NCBI RefSeq assembly: GCF_006345805.1
Contig: NC_042997.1
Coordinates: forward strand, 143,530,001-143,594,000
Direction: 5' to 3'
Origin: Octopus sinensis
Taxonomy: Eukaryota
Length of the DNA stretch: 64,000 nt
The notes beneath the pieces are model-generated. The model worked only from the letters and a program-made list of their open reading frames with translations, was not told where the DNA came from and made no database searches. Shown in pieces: positions 26,093 through 39,239 of the stretch (position 1 is its first letter; each line of letters begins with the position of its first letter). Made by a program: the position numbers and the translations under genes.

Positions 26093-26349
26093 CAGTGGTT
26101 CTCAACCATTTATTTTCACCCATTGATGCCTTTAATTCATATTTTACTCGGATGGATCCTCATAGTCATTCAATGTTTAAAAAATCCTATTATATATTTA
26201 GTATCAAATATTAGGAATTACATTAAAAAATTGTTTAAATATTTTGTGTATTGTGGACCCAATTCATTGCATGTAAATTCTAACAAAACCTTACATGGAC
26301 ACCCCACCCACAACCCAAGGGTCATATGGATCTCGGTTGAGAACCACTG
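26093..26349. mobile_element. hAT Buster/Charlie-type MITE
   Basis: Perfect 15-bp TIRs CAGTGGTTCTCAACC / GGTTGAGAACCACTG; 8-bp TSD ATCTCACC / ATCTAACC (NNNTANNN Buster pattern). Confidence 0.9.
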
Positions 26350-26670
26350 ATCTAACCTCAGGATTTCTGAACGGTGTGTTGCAGATTTTCAAAAATATTA
26401 ATTAGGCTTTTAAGAAGATCTATTCTACTACTTGAGCGACATGAAAAATGTGTCACGATTATCATTAATAAAGAGTGGTGGATTGGCAGAATCGTTTGGG
26501 CGTCGGACAAAATGCCTTGAGATATTTTTTTGCGCTCTGAGTTCAAATCCCACCGAAGGTAGCTTTGTATTTTTATCCCTTCGAAAGTCGATGTAATAAA
26601 AAAAAAAACAACAAAATATGTAAAGTTCTGGGATTGATATATTAGGCTATTTCCTCTTCCCACTTTAAGG

Positions 26671-27050
26671 GAAGGCGCAATGACCCAGTGGTTAGGGCAG
26701 CGAACTCGCGGTCGTAAGATCGCGGTTTCGATTCCCAGACCGGGCGTTGTGAGTGTTTATTGAGCAAAAACACCTAAAGCTCCACGAAGCTCCGACAGCG
26801 GGGTGATGGCGAACCCTGCTGTACTCTTTCACCACAACTTTCTCTCACTCTTTCTTCCTGTTTCTGTTGTACCTGTATTTCAAAGGGCCAGCCTTGTCAC
26901 ACTCTGTGTCACACTGAATCTCTCCGAGAACTACGTTAAGGGTACACGTATCTGTGGAGTGCTCAGCCATTTACACGTTGATTTCACGAACAGGCAGTTC
27001 CGTTCATCGGATCAACTGGAACCCTCGTCGTCGTAACCGACGGAGTGCCA
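26671..27050 (+). mobile_element. tRNA-derived SINE (family C subtype)
   Basis: tRNA-like head with TTTCGATTCCC B-box; body shared with 24860-25046. Confidence 0.8.
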
Positions 27051-27399
27051 CGATGTTTAAGGCCTTGTGTCTATGTTAGAAACAATTATCATTATTAATA
27101 AAACGAAGGTGGCGAAATGGAAGAACAGTTACCCTATCAGACAAAATGCATAGCGGCATTTCTTACTGCTCTTTATATTCTGAGTCCAAATTTCGCTGAG
27201 GTCGACTTTGCTTCTCATCCTTTTAGGATTGATAAAATAAGTACCAGTTGAACATTAGGGTCAATGTAATCGACATCCTCTCCTCAAAATTGCTGGTCCT
27301 ATACCAAAATTAGGAAGAATCTACTATAATACTCTTGTTTTTCTCCGTCACAACATACGAATGAGAAAGGAAGGGGTGATAGATGAATAAGGAAGGAAG

Positions 27400-27606
27400 G
27401 GGTGATGGCAAACTGGTAATGGGAGTGTTTCAACTCTGTGTTAGTATATGTATATGTAAAAGGGAAGTATGTGAAAGTTTGTGTGTGTGTGTGTGTTTAC
27501 ATCTCAAAAGACAACCACTAGATAACATTGACAAGTGTATTAATTTGATTTACCATCCATATCTATATATAAAATAAAACCTTTTTGACGGCACGGGGTC
27601 AGCTAG
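27400..27606 (+). mobile_element. Helitron-like non-autonomous element 3' region
   Basis: Ends GACGGCACGGGGTCAGCTAG|T. The same end and upstream GTTTCAACTCTGT...AAGGGAAGTATGTGAA recur at 60890-61055. Confidence 0.45.
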
Positions 27607-28470
27607 TTATGATTAATAAAACGAAATACGTAGTTTCTATTCTTTTCTAATTCTAAAACTGTATTTGACTTCAGTATGTCAATAAGTAATAGTGATTAAG
27701 AACCACTGGTGAATCAAGGTTTACATAAAGTTGACCTTTATATCATCAATACCGTCACAGGGTTTTTGTATAGATGGAGCAACGCTATTCGTTTGATCAG
27801 TGTCCTCTGGAGAATACTGCCGCTGCGACTGTTTACAAACCATCAAGCAGATAACCACTATATGTATCTAGAGGCCGTTCCATTTGCAAACTATGCATTA
27901 TTTGTAAACGTACTCTATAGATGTTCAGTTCTGCAAATGTCTAATAACTATATACCAAATATATAGCAGGAATAAATTAAAATAAATTATATAACGATTC
28001 ACAGTTACTCGACCTGCTACAAATAGTAATCAATAATTTTGTAACAAAAAAAAAAAGATGGTTAGAATAACTTTGATCGATAGCTGTGTTTGATCAGAGT
28101 TGAAGCGGGCCTAAACAACCCAACAGCAATGGGTCAGAGTTTAAGTTTACGCAAAATAAAATATTTCCAGATTAAAATTCTCAGTTTAAGAAACTGAGAA
28201 TTTAAAATCTTCCTGTGGAGTAGAATTGTTGTGTTTTTATCACTGCTTACGATAATGTTTCCTATTTGGGCAGTGGATTGACAGAATCGTTAGAGCTACA
28301 GAAAATAACGCTTTGTGGAATTTGATTCGGTTCCTTCCGTTCTGAGTTCATATTCTGCTGAGGTCCACTTTACCTTTCATTCTTTTGGCATTAATATAAA
28401 GTACCAGTCAAGCACTAACGCCGATATAACTGTTCGCAAATTATTGTCCTTGTAGCTAAATTAAATGCAA

Positions 28471-29351
28471 AATATTTTATATTTGGAAGATAGGACCGGT
28501 ATATGTCATAAGGTAATAACATTTAATTGACTCTCTGACAGCGGCTCTGAGTTTGAGAGCGACAACGGCCCTCAATCCAATTGGACTCAGCATGTTCTCA
28601 AAGGATATCAAAGGTTGTGTTAATGATCGAGATTTCAATTTAATTAATTACCAGCACGTTACTGCAATTATCAACCCTAAAATGGAAGAAAGGCGAATTG
28701 ATAAACGGAATCAAGTATATATCGTAAGATATTTAAGCAAGATGTTTTACAACTTCTACCATCTACCGCCCTTTAAGGCATGGGTTTCTCACAAACGCTG
28801 TTACACTTTAAATTTGCGAAAAGAATGGAACTAATATAATAGACCATAGCAAAAGCACAGTTTTTTTTAAAACCGAGAGCCAAAGGCTCAATTCTCCTTG
28901 TAGCCAACTCTCTGAATAAATTCAGAACGACTTTGTTAATGATATTAGAAACCTGATGTCCAAAAATTTCTTCTACATATACAACACCGACATTCTGAAC
29001 ACTGATTGCCCCAAAAACTCCTATAATCAGCACTAACTTACATTAACCTACAAGCACCTGCATTTCATTTAATTATTTAATTAAACTTAATATTTGTTTA
29101 ATTTAGAGTGTATTGTCCAAGGTGACCCCTCCTGCTTCGGAAAGGCTTCGGAAATAAAGGTTCTGGAAAATCGATGTTGCAACTGTGTTTAGAAATATGA
29201 AGAATAATACAAATTAATATTTTATATTTGGAAGATAGGACTGGTATATGTTATAAGGCAATAACATTTAACTGGCTCTCAGATAACGGCTCTCAGATTG
29301 AGGGCGACAACAGCCCTTAATCCAGTTGGGCTCAGCATGTTCTCAAAGGAT
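28471..29351. repeat. Pair of 136-bp direct repeats (28471-28606 and 29216-29351)
   Basis: Manual alignment: 15 substitutions, no indels. Confidence 0.9.
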
Positions 29352-29547
29352 TGTTTGTTGTGAAGGTAGGCATGATATATATATATATATATATATACAG
29401 TAAAAGCAATTAAGATTCAAGTGAGTTCTGTTGAATTCACATGAATGCGGTACTTAACTTAGATGCACCAGAAATCTATATGGTATTAACCATAAGATAA
29501 TGCGGGGTGATTATAAACAAGAAAAAAGCAACAAAAATGGATCAATA

Positions 29548-29637
29548 TTTCGGTACAATTGTTTCGTACGAAGACCACCTTTATTAAGGCTGCAAATATT
29601 GCAGCAAATACAAGTGACCCGTACTCATCAGCCGAAA
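29548..29637 (-). ncRNA. Type I hammerhead ribozyme, canonical core, long branched helix II
   Basis: TTTCGG-CTGATGA-GTACG[insert]CGTAC-GAAACAATTGTA-CCGAAA. Helix I 6 bp, helix II at least 5 bp, palindrome ACAATTGT, GUA; predicted cut between 29554 and 29553. Confidence 0.85.
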
Positions 29638-29789
29638 AAACATCTGAGTTCTCAAAACATCTAAGGGGGTGAGGCTACACTCCTGAAACATCAGGGATAG
29701 TTCTATAAAAATCGGATTTAGATAATAAACGGACTTCCAAAGTTCTTAATGTTGCACAGTCATATAACAGGCTTTAAAAAAGTATTTAA

Positions 29790-30370
29790 AAAAAACCTCT
29801 TAGTTTCACAGAAAATGAAGATGTAAATCCATCCATAATGAAGTAGGTTTCAATTCTGGAGATATGAGGAGAGATTTCATACTCACAGACGATGTATTTA
29901 TCCATAATTAGTCCATAATAAAGTGGGTTTCCTGATGTATGATGGTATGCTGGTTGCATTTCTGATCATTTCTCAAAACTGCTATGTTAGAATTCCATTT
30001 AGTTGAAGGAAATTTAGTGGAGCGTAGAGGCAATCACTCACATAGGGTATAATGGGGTAACTGAGAGGAAAAGGGGTTGTAAATATCCAACTACGCAGAA
30101 TAGTTTATTTCAGTGGAGACAAACTGACTGGGTCAGAATTTGCAAGAATCTAAGAATTTTAAAAGGAATGCTATTCTTGACCAGTATACCGTTGTTAATT
30201 GCTATATAAAGAGGGCACGGGAAGGTAAAGGCGGGTCAAAGGTTGTCACTATAGGAAAAAGCATTAACAGTTTTCAGTGCAACACTAGAAAGGAGGTCAT
30301 TTAATTAATTTCTTTATTTATTAATGTTACTACTTATACATTGGCAGACTTTGGGACTACATCTAGGGGT
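29790..30370 (+). pseudogene. Heavily degraded Penelope-like element remnant
   Basis: Frameshifted INSFQCNT..EVI*LIS...LYIG(Q)T resembles PLE F.C...VIY.I.C...YIG.T. Confidence 0.4.
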
Positions 30371-33019
30371 CAAAAGAAAGAATTGAGAGTATTGTTTTTC
30401 ATAATGAAAAATCGTTATATTATTTCTATGGGATTATCTTTAATTTACTTATAGTATATAAAAGAATTACGAAGTTTTATTAACTTATTTGCTTTAAGTT
30501 GGTTTACCTAAATTAGAAAAAAATTAGATTAAATTAATTTAAATTATCTATATAGTCTATTAGAATGAAAGTTTATATATATATATATATATATCATCCG
30601 AAGTGTACCGTATTATATATTCATTACGGTCGATCTTACCAATCGGTTTCGCGCCAGGGATTCACCGGAGTGTTACGTAAAGACGCTAACGTTTCTACCA
30701 GCTCGCCACCTTTGTGTGACACACACACCCACCCACACACACACACACACGCGTATATGCGTGTGTGTGTGCTTGCGTGAAGAAAAGTTGTAATAAATGA
30801 TGCAACTAGAGCTAATTAGGTACGACTCGACAGGCAAAATAATTAACTGCGGTAGGATTTGAACATAGAACTTAAAAATCCGTAACTAAATATTGCAAGT
30901 TATTGTGTCCGCCGCTCCAACGTTTTTTTTTTTACGTCCAATTCCCTCAACCTTTTAAGTTATTAATTTTATTTTTTTGAAATGTAAACTTTTTCACATT
31001 TAAAAAATAAAACTATTTCGGTTTAAAGGCCGGAAAGATAACCGTTATAAGGTAACAATGAAATATCACCAAACAGAGATATAATTGTTTTTAGTCTAGA
31101 GACTTGCGACTTCTATCATACGCACACACACACAAAAAAAAAAGTCTTTCAAACTGGGAATAATATTACAATAGTCTCATTTTATTGGTCTTCTGAGTAC
31201 AATGAAATAGCAATATAACTTATCTAACAGATATCTCATGCAACGAATAATCTGTTTTATATTTCATTTCGAATAATAGATCAATAGTATATTTTATAGA
31301 CTTACGCGTGCCTTGCTTTAGCTCATGAATGCAGTTAAGGCGCCATCTTTGTAAACAGGTAGTCGAGATTTCGAATATCCTTGGGGAGAAGCCCGTGAAC
31401 AAATTCCTATTGATTTTTCTAATGTGATTTTCTAACAGACTTTTCGAAGATTTTTATCAGTTTGAGGAATGAAACAGCCTATGTTGCTGTTAATGCAGCA
31501 AAGTTATAGGCGTAAGCTTGGTTGTGTAAGAATGATGCTTCCCAACCACATGGTTCAAGGTTCAGTTCCATTGTTTAGGATTTGGCAGACGGAAACTGAA
31601 AGAAACCCGTCGTGTATATATATATATATATATAATTTAAAATTTAAATTTTAAAATAGTCCATATTTTTATTACTTTTTCTTTTGTCGTGCTCGATCAC
31701 GTTTTGGTTGTTTTGTTAAATTTTTCTTGAGAACATTTCTTAGTGGTGAGACCGTAGCGGATCTATTTCTAACATAAGGGTGTCCACATAGTAGTTTCCC
31801 TCTAATATGTATATATATATATGTATGTATATATGTGTGTGTGTTTACTCCCCACCACCCCTTGACAACTGATGTTCATGTGTTTACGTCCTCACAACTT
31901 AGCATTTCGGCAAAAGAGACCGTTAGAATAATCACCAAGCTTAAGAAACAAAAACAAAAAAAAACTACATGGGTCAATTCATTCGACTAAAAATTCTTCA
32001 AGGCCTGCCTCAGCATGGCCGCAGTTTAATGATCGAAGCAAGTAAACGGTAAGATAGAAGAGAAATATCTAGAGTATTCTGGAATGGTGATACTGTGACT
32101 ATCACTTCACAGGCAAAGTTTTACACTCATTAAAATTTTATTTCATTGGTGTTCGGTGGACATCGAATAATCCTAATGTTGACAAAGGGCCAATAATTTT
32201 GGGAGAAGGGGCAAGTGATTACATCGACGCCAATTCATGACTGGTACTTATTTTTTCGTGTCTGAAAGGATGAAAAACTGAAGTGGACCTCAGAACGTAA
32301 AGAGTCGGAAGAAATGCTGCCAGTTATTTTATCCGACACGCTAACGATAACGAGGAGCTTTCAACTGGTAGTAGCACTTGCGTTTGCAAGTTGTTTGCCG
32401 AAAAAAAAAAAAATCCTTCGAAAATTCCCCTTGAACCTTTTCAGAAGTTTGGCTCTAAGAAGACACGAACACGTATTTCTACTTTATCAGATGGAGCGCT
32501 CTGACTAAATAATTTATAGAGCCAGTAATGTTTAAGGTTGTGAAAATCTATAAATGTAGCCTGGTAAGTGATTTGATCTGAAACCGTGTGTTGATACTAA
32601 AGTAATTATAGCGTGGAAGACATATATTAGCCATTCCAAAACGCACAAAGACTATTAACTTCATTTAAACATTTATTGTTTGGTGTCAAAATTTCCGTAT
32701 GTATTGCAGTGGAACGGACCGTGTCAATGACCAGGTCGTTGTTGATGTTACGAAAATTTCGACACCAAATGATAAATACTTAAGTGAATTTAACAGCTTT
32801 TCTGTATTTCCGAAAGGCTAATATGTGTCTTCCACGTTGTAATTGCTATAAATATATCTATTGTTCATAACAAGGTAAATTATTTATTAGATTTGATATA
32901 TGTTAGGTAGTTTGTAACACGGATAAGTTATCGGTACTTTGTAATAACAATTCTTTATATAGAGATTTTCACAGTATGACAAAATCCGGTAACAATATAA
33001 ATTGGGGATATTACGTTAT

Positions 33020-33230
33020 GACAAGCTGGCAGAATCGTTAGCATGCCGGGCAAAATGCTTAGCAGCACTTCGTCTGTTTCGTATTCTGAGTTCAAATTCC
33101 GCCGAGGTCGACTTTGCTTTTCATCCTTTCAGGGTCGATAAAATAAATACTACTTGGACACTGGGGTCGCTGTAATCGACTTACTCCTTCCCCCCAAATT
33201 TCAGGCCCTGTGCCTATAGTAGAAAAGATA
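33020..33230 (+). mobile_element. SINE family B, tail type 2
   Basis: Near-consensus head and central domain; tail CCCCCAAATTTCAGGCCCTGTGCCTATAGTAGAAAAG. Confidence 0.85.
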
Positions 33231-36000
33231 TTACGTTGTAACTTTCTGAACATCTCTCCAAATGTGGCTATAATAAGGATTTGAACGCTCGTCCAACGGA
33301 CCGTTGTTCTAACCAACTAACCAACTAAGCCAAGGAGAGAAATAATTGCAACAAAAGAATTCATATTGTTTTATTGGTTGGGCGGCTATTCGCAGCATTT
33401 GTGAATGTTTTATTCGCGGTTTTCTATATATTAGAAGCGAAAAATTCTCATCTAGGTATGTGGCTGGATGCGAGTATACGTCACGGAGGAATCCCAACAA
33501 AGCTGAAATGCATCTGGCGTTCTCTATGGCTGCTGTTGGGGGCGTTTTTGATCTTCCTCCGCTATTTGGATGGATCGTAGTCCGAGAAAGGAGGTTCTGC
33601 AATTTCTTGTTGAACAACCTGCACAAATGATTGATTTACAATGATTAAATGTTTGTGTTGTACATTAGCTCATTCCCTCTATCAAATCTACGTTGCCTGA
33701 ACAGGTATCGAATTGAAACCACAATCGTGAGTGCAACACCACGCACCCTCGATCCCTCCGATATTTGTGTTTTTAACACAGCACGTCCTGAAGAGACGTT
33801 ATTTTATGGACGAATGCTGCAATAACTGGTTTCTTAAATAATGCATATACATTAAGTATGATACATATATGGCTATGAAATATTATTTATTACCCGAAAT
33901 ATCCACCAGTTATGGATGGATCTTGGTTAGAATTTCCAAGCGATGAATTTTCAGTTATTGTTTCAACTATATTGCTAAACTTACTGAATTAGCCTGTAAG
34001 TGACTGAGCATTTCACAGACATGCCTACCCTTAGGTGGAACAAGCGCGACACTGTGTGATGAAGCTGGAACCTTAAACTACAGTTACAATCCTTCCCACA
34101 AGCTTCTACCCAAACCCCACTCTACTTAGTTTCACTGTCCCGAGATGCAGACAGTGGTTTTGAATCCAGGACCTCGTGATTGTGGAGCTATCTTCTTAAC
34201 CGTTCGCTATACTGCACCTAGAGATATAGATAACATTTGTAAATTATTGTTATTTATACAGAACACAGGCGAAAACAAGAGTATTATTATAACCGTTTTT
34301 CTATTAAAGAATGTTTCAATAAGAGTATCGGATATACTCTCTGTCTAGACTGGATATACTATAATTGATGGCTATTTCTTCAGTAGCTTCTTTGATTCTT
34401 ATAACTTGAGACATCTCACTCTTTCACACACAAGCTTACTATGTATATAACACGCTCTGTGTGTGTGTGTGTGTATACACACATATATGAGTATGTGTGC
34501 ATATATGTATATATTGATACTTTCATAAAACCTGCTCTCTCTCTCTCGCCTGTCTCTCTCTGTCGCTTCCTTTATCTATCTATCTATCTATTTATGCAAT
34601 TGAAAAATTAATGCTATTTAAATACTACTCAGAACACTTTGTAAGATTCTTTTGACATTACAAATATCAAATTATGTATTTTGTTGTTGTGAAGACAGAA
34701 AAGACGTGTGCTATAATGTAACAATAAAAATATCCTGGAAATCTACAAAGAGACATCTGTAAATAATGATAGAGTGATTTTCTATTGAATGACAAATTCT
34801 AATACCCCTATTAAAAAGAATTCTTTAAAAATAAGAGTCGCTATTACGTTTCTTTTGTATCTTGTATAGTATTAAAAACGCATTAACTTTCAAATGTTAC
34901 ATATATCTCACAAGTATCTTATGCAATAAAAATCTATAATATATTTTCTTTGAACAACCGAATAATATGTCTATATTTTTTAATAGATTGGCGTCTGTTA
35001 CGAAGTGTCTTTATCGGTCATAAAATTCATAAAATACAAGTTTGTGTACGATGAAAAGAGGTATGTCCTCTATGAATATCTGCAATATGTACTGCTTTGT
35101 GTAAAGGCTCTTCTTTATAGCAGCTTATCCAGAAAAATTTACAATAAAATTTCCATGATTTATGTATGATATTGCGTGCAGTTTAGTTCGTAATCTCCTC
35201 TTCTTTTCTATTAATTGTTTGAGCTGAGAGTAGACCATTAGATATATCAGTTAATAAATAATCTACGTTATACTTAATTTTAAACATTAGAACAGTGATA
35301 TATTTTATAGAGGCCTTCAGATGAAAATGGTCGTCTCCATTGCACAATCTATTTGGACTAGTCCGAATGTATTCAGAGCCACATGATCTAAGTGAATTTT
35401 TATATGATATTTAAAAGCTTTGTGTAAAAGTCAAGCTGCCAAAGAAATTTTAACATTATTATGAAAAATATAAAAGATTTTTAATTCCGTTCTTTTGGAG
35501 GCGTATAAAATAATATGTATGTCAATAATTTAAATTCTCTTGTAGTAAATCTTCTTAACGACTTTGGTGTGAATTTTATACATGATAATAACGATCTTGG
35601 CAAATACAGCGTGTAAAGTTCATTCTAGCAATTCAGAAACACAAGCAAAACGGTTAACTTTACTTTGTTATTTAATACATGGTGTCAAAATTTTTGTCAC
35701 ACCGTCTGTAACCAAGTCATTGATATAATTTCACAGTTTTTGTGTGTTTTTTGAATGGCTAAAATGAGTCTTCCACGTTATCATTTCTTGCATTTCAACA
35801 CACAAGACAAGTGTACAACTCCGAAATAGCAATATTTTCCTTGTGTGTGAAGGCGCGTAGCTTAGTGGTTAGGCTATTCGGCTCACGATCGTAAGGTGAT
35901 GAGTTCGATACCCGGCGGCGCGTTGTGTTCTTGAGCAAGACATTTTATTTCACGTAGTTCCAGTCCATTCTACTCAGCTAGCAAACATGAGTAGTATGTA

Positions 36001-36242
36001 GGGCGGCAAACCGGCAGAATCGTAAGTAGGGCGAGCAAAATGATTAACGATATTTCGACTGCCGTTACGTTCTGAGTTCGAATTCCGCCGAGGTCGACTT
36101 TGCTTTTCATCCTTTCGGGGTCGATTAAATAAGTACCAGTTACACACTGGGGTCGATATAATCGACTTAATCCGTTTGCCTGCCCTTGTTTGTCTTCTCT
36201 GTGTTTAGCCTCTTGTGGATAGTAAAGAAATATTTCGACTGC
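36001..36242 (+). mobile_element. SINE family B, tail type 1, with terminal redundancy
   Basis: ATATTTCGACTGC at 36050-36062 and again at 36230-36242. Confidence 0.8.
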
Positions 36243-36812
36243 AAATATGGACGAAATCAATGGAAAATATTGGTTTCAAATTTTGACAAGGCCAGAAATT
36301 TCAGGAAAGAGGATTAAGATAATTACATCGACCCCAGTGCTCAGCTGGTACTTATTTTATCGTCCTAGAAAGGAAAGAAAGGTAAAGTCGACCTTGGCGG
36401 AATATGAGCTGAGAGCGTAAAGACGGACGAAATGCCGCTAAGCACTTACCCCAGTGTGCTAACGGTTCTGCCAGCTCACCACCTTAAAGCGGTAGAAAAT
36501 AATAGTAATGGTGATACCAATCGTCCTATTATAAACCACACAACTCCGATCGACTCAACTGTCTTCACATTAAATTATAGCGGATCTTTAACACAATTTT
36601 CAGGTAGAATCAGCGTGATACAAAGTGTAACAAGGTTGAATCCACTGGATCACAAGTATAATTTGTCTGATTGGCTTCCATGCAGTTTGTGTCTATATCC
36701 TTTTGAAATTTCTTCCTACCGTCAAATTTAGTTTTCCTTGGAAACAGACAATTGTGACTTCCAGTATGTCGGCAAAAAAGGCTTCCGATTTGCTAAAATT
36801 ACATAACTTTAA

Positions 36813-37033
36813 CCCTTTTCCTGCCCTGCGTATCATTTGTAATACTCTGGACATATTTCACTCGTGTCCATACATCTTATCTGGTGCACATTCGCATCGG
36901 TTTTCAACCACTAGAGCAACTTGGGACTTATGAAAGGAAAGCGTTATATTACTCATAACGTATGAAACAATGGCTAACTAAAAGACTGGAAACAAGCATA
37001 GACATTTAGGACAAACTTATGAAGCAGAAGGGG
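36813..37033. mobile_element. Possible piggyBac-type MITE
   Basis: TTAA|CCCTTTTCCTGC ... GCAGAAGGGG|TTAA; short imperfect TIRs. Confidence 0.35.
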
Positions 37034-37678
37034 TTAAAAGTTTGTAACTTTATTTCATGTTTTATCTTTTACCTGCTTCATTCATTAGACTGCGGCCCTA
37101 CTAGATCGAACGAATCACCACCCCTGTACAAATTTTCTTTGTACCCATCTTATCGGTATCTTTTGTTATGAGGGCGTACAGACATCAACACCGGTTGTCA
37201 AGCAGTGGTGGTGGAGAAACACAGACACAAAGATACACACACATGTATATGAAGCATTTCTGTCAGTTTCCGTCTACCAAATCCACACAAGGCTTTTTTA
37301 GCCAGCGCTTTTTATCAATATCTCGAGAAAATAAATCTAATTTTCATCATCAGCATTGCAAGACTATATTAGTGTTGAAAATTCGAAATAAATTGCCAGG
37401 TAGTAGGACTGAACGCAGCGTCTCACAATTACTATGCAGACCTCTTAACCAACACGGCCATGTCTGAAACGACATTAAAGTAAGGCCTGCTTGCGAAAGT
37501 TAAATTCTGAAAGTGTTCTCTCACTAAACTGCCTGGTGTCGCTGAAGATTCTCCTCTTGACAAAATAAAGTTATTATCATGCTAAAACTTGCTGTCAAGC
37601 TTCTTTTCATTATCTTTGCGCATAGTTCAGATAAAGAAATCATTTAAAGTCAGTAGTAAAACATGTTCGGACGCAGCT

Positions 37679-37752
37679 GGCTCCATAGCTCAGTTGGTTA
37701 GAGCGCCAGTCTAGTAAACTGGAGGTCGAGGGTTCGAATCCCCCTGGAGCCT
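37679..37752 (+). tRNA. tRNA-Thr(AGT)
   Basis: Cloverleaf: acceptor GGCTCCA/TGGAGCC, D-stem GCTC/GAGC, anticodon stem CCAGT/ACTGG with loop CTAGTAA, TTCGAAT loop (one A-C mismatch in T-stem); T5 terminator follows. Confidence 0.93.
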
Positions 37753-38549
37753 GTTTTTGCTGTTAGTTGATCGTATTTTATTTAAATACTTTTTATTTCG
37801 TATACACTTTGTGTTTATTTTTAGCAAACGTTCTCTTTTGCGAACCAACGAGGATAGATAAATTCTATGCATTTTGCTTGAAAAAGTAGCCAAATCTCAC
37901 TCAAATACCAACCGGTTGTCTTAAGAATGAACAAATAGTATGTATGTAGACCTCATTTCCTTGCACATAGGGGATGCATTTGACCAAATCTTTTCAATCA
38001 GAGTTGATTCCGGTCTAAACAAAAGCAACAACAGCATCAGAGAACAACTACAGCAGCCTTAGCAACCATAACTACTGTTAAACAACTTTAGGTCTTTTGT
38101 AGATTGTAATGATTTCTGGCAAGTTTCTATTTTTTTGTCATTTTTTTTTTACAAAACATTTTGTTTCAGTCACTCGACTGCGGCCAAGATGGGTCACCGA
38201 TTTGAAGTGTTTAATAAAACAAATCTACACCAGTACTTATTTATACAATCTGTTACCAAATTTATCGGTATTTTTCGCCGAACAGCTAATTTATAGGAAC
38301 GTAAACAGACCGACACCGGTTGTCAAACGGTGGTGAGGGGCGATTGCAAAGACACACGCGCACGCATACAAATGTATGTACATATACTTTTCCCCTACTA
38401 AAATTCACTCACAAGGAACTGATTGACAGAGCTATAATAGAAAACACAAGCCCAAGGTCCCGCTCAGTGGGACTGAATCTCAGAGAGTTTCAAACGGAAA
38501 AAAATATGTACAATTAATTATTTAAAGACAAATGACTGTCAGCAAAATC

Positions 38550-38623
38550 TAGTTCCAAAGAGATTCGAACTCATGACCTCCTGTTTACAAGACAGGCGCG
38601 CTAACCAACTGAGCTATGGAACC
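38550..38623 (-). tRNA. tRNA-Thr(TGT), possibly decaying
   Basis: Anticodon stem CCTGT/ACAGG with loop CTTGTAA; acceptor GGTTCCA/TGGAACT (G1-U72); U12-C23 and U50-U64 mismatches; TTTT downstream. Confidence 0.8.
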
Positions 38624-39239
38624 AGTAAACAGTGATTAGCTTTTATTTACTAACTTTAAATTATATTTTAATCTGGACTGTGAAGTAACAAGCTCAAAGA
38701 TTATGTAAAGAAGAGTTTCTGTACAATAGTAACAATAGTAATTAGAGAACAGTGGTGGCGTTAGTAACAAACTTTTAACAGACCAGCATCTGCTTAAGGG
38801 ACTGTCTATACTTGTGTGCAGAACAAATATAGCAAAGAAGGTAACTTAAAGAGTAACTTTGTTTTACTTTTCACACAGATTTTGATTCCGTTTACGAAAC
38901 ATATTCACACATGTATATGTATATACATATGCATGTATGTATAGGTGTCTGTGCTTATATATATGTATGTATATACAAACATACATACGCACGCACACAT
39001 GTATGTATCATATGTACAGACATATGTGTATGTGAGACGGTCTTCCAACATTTTCGTCTTCTAAAATTCACTTAAAAGGCATTGATTGGCACAGGACTAT
39101 AATAAAAACATCCTCTTCATATACAGGTATACAAGGTGCTGCGCAATGCGATCGAACCCGAAATCAAGTGATAGCCTACGCTACAGAAAAGTAATTGCAT
39201 AAATACGGTCGACTACCGACAGAGGAGAAAAAAAAAAGC

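Noticed and set aside
33780-33825. CTGAAGA-GAC...GAC-GAAT and the similar 57596-57630 motif
   Set aside because: Helix II does not close, GAAA is altered and no cleavage triplet or helix I is present
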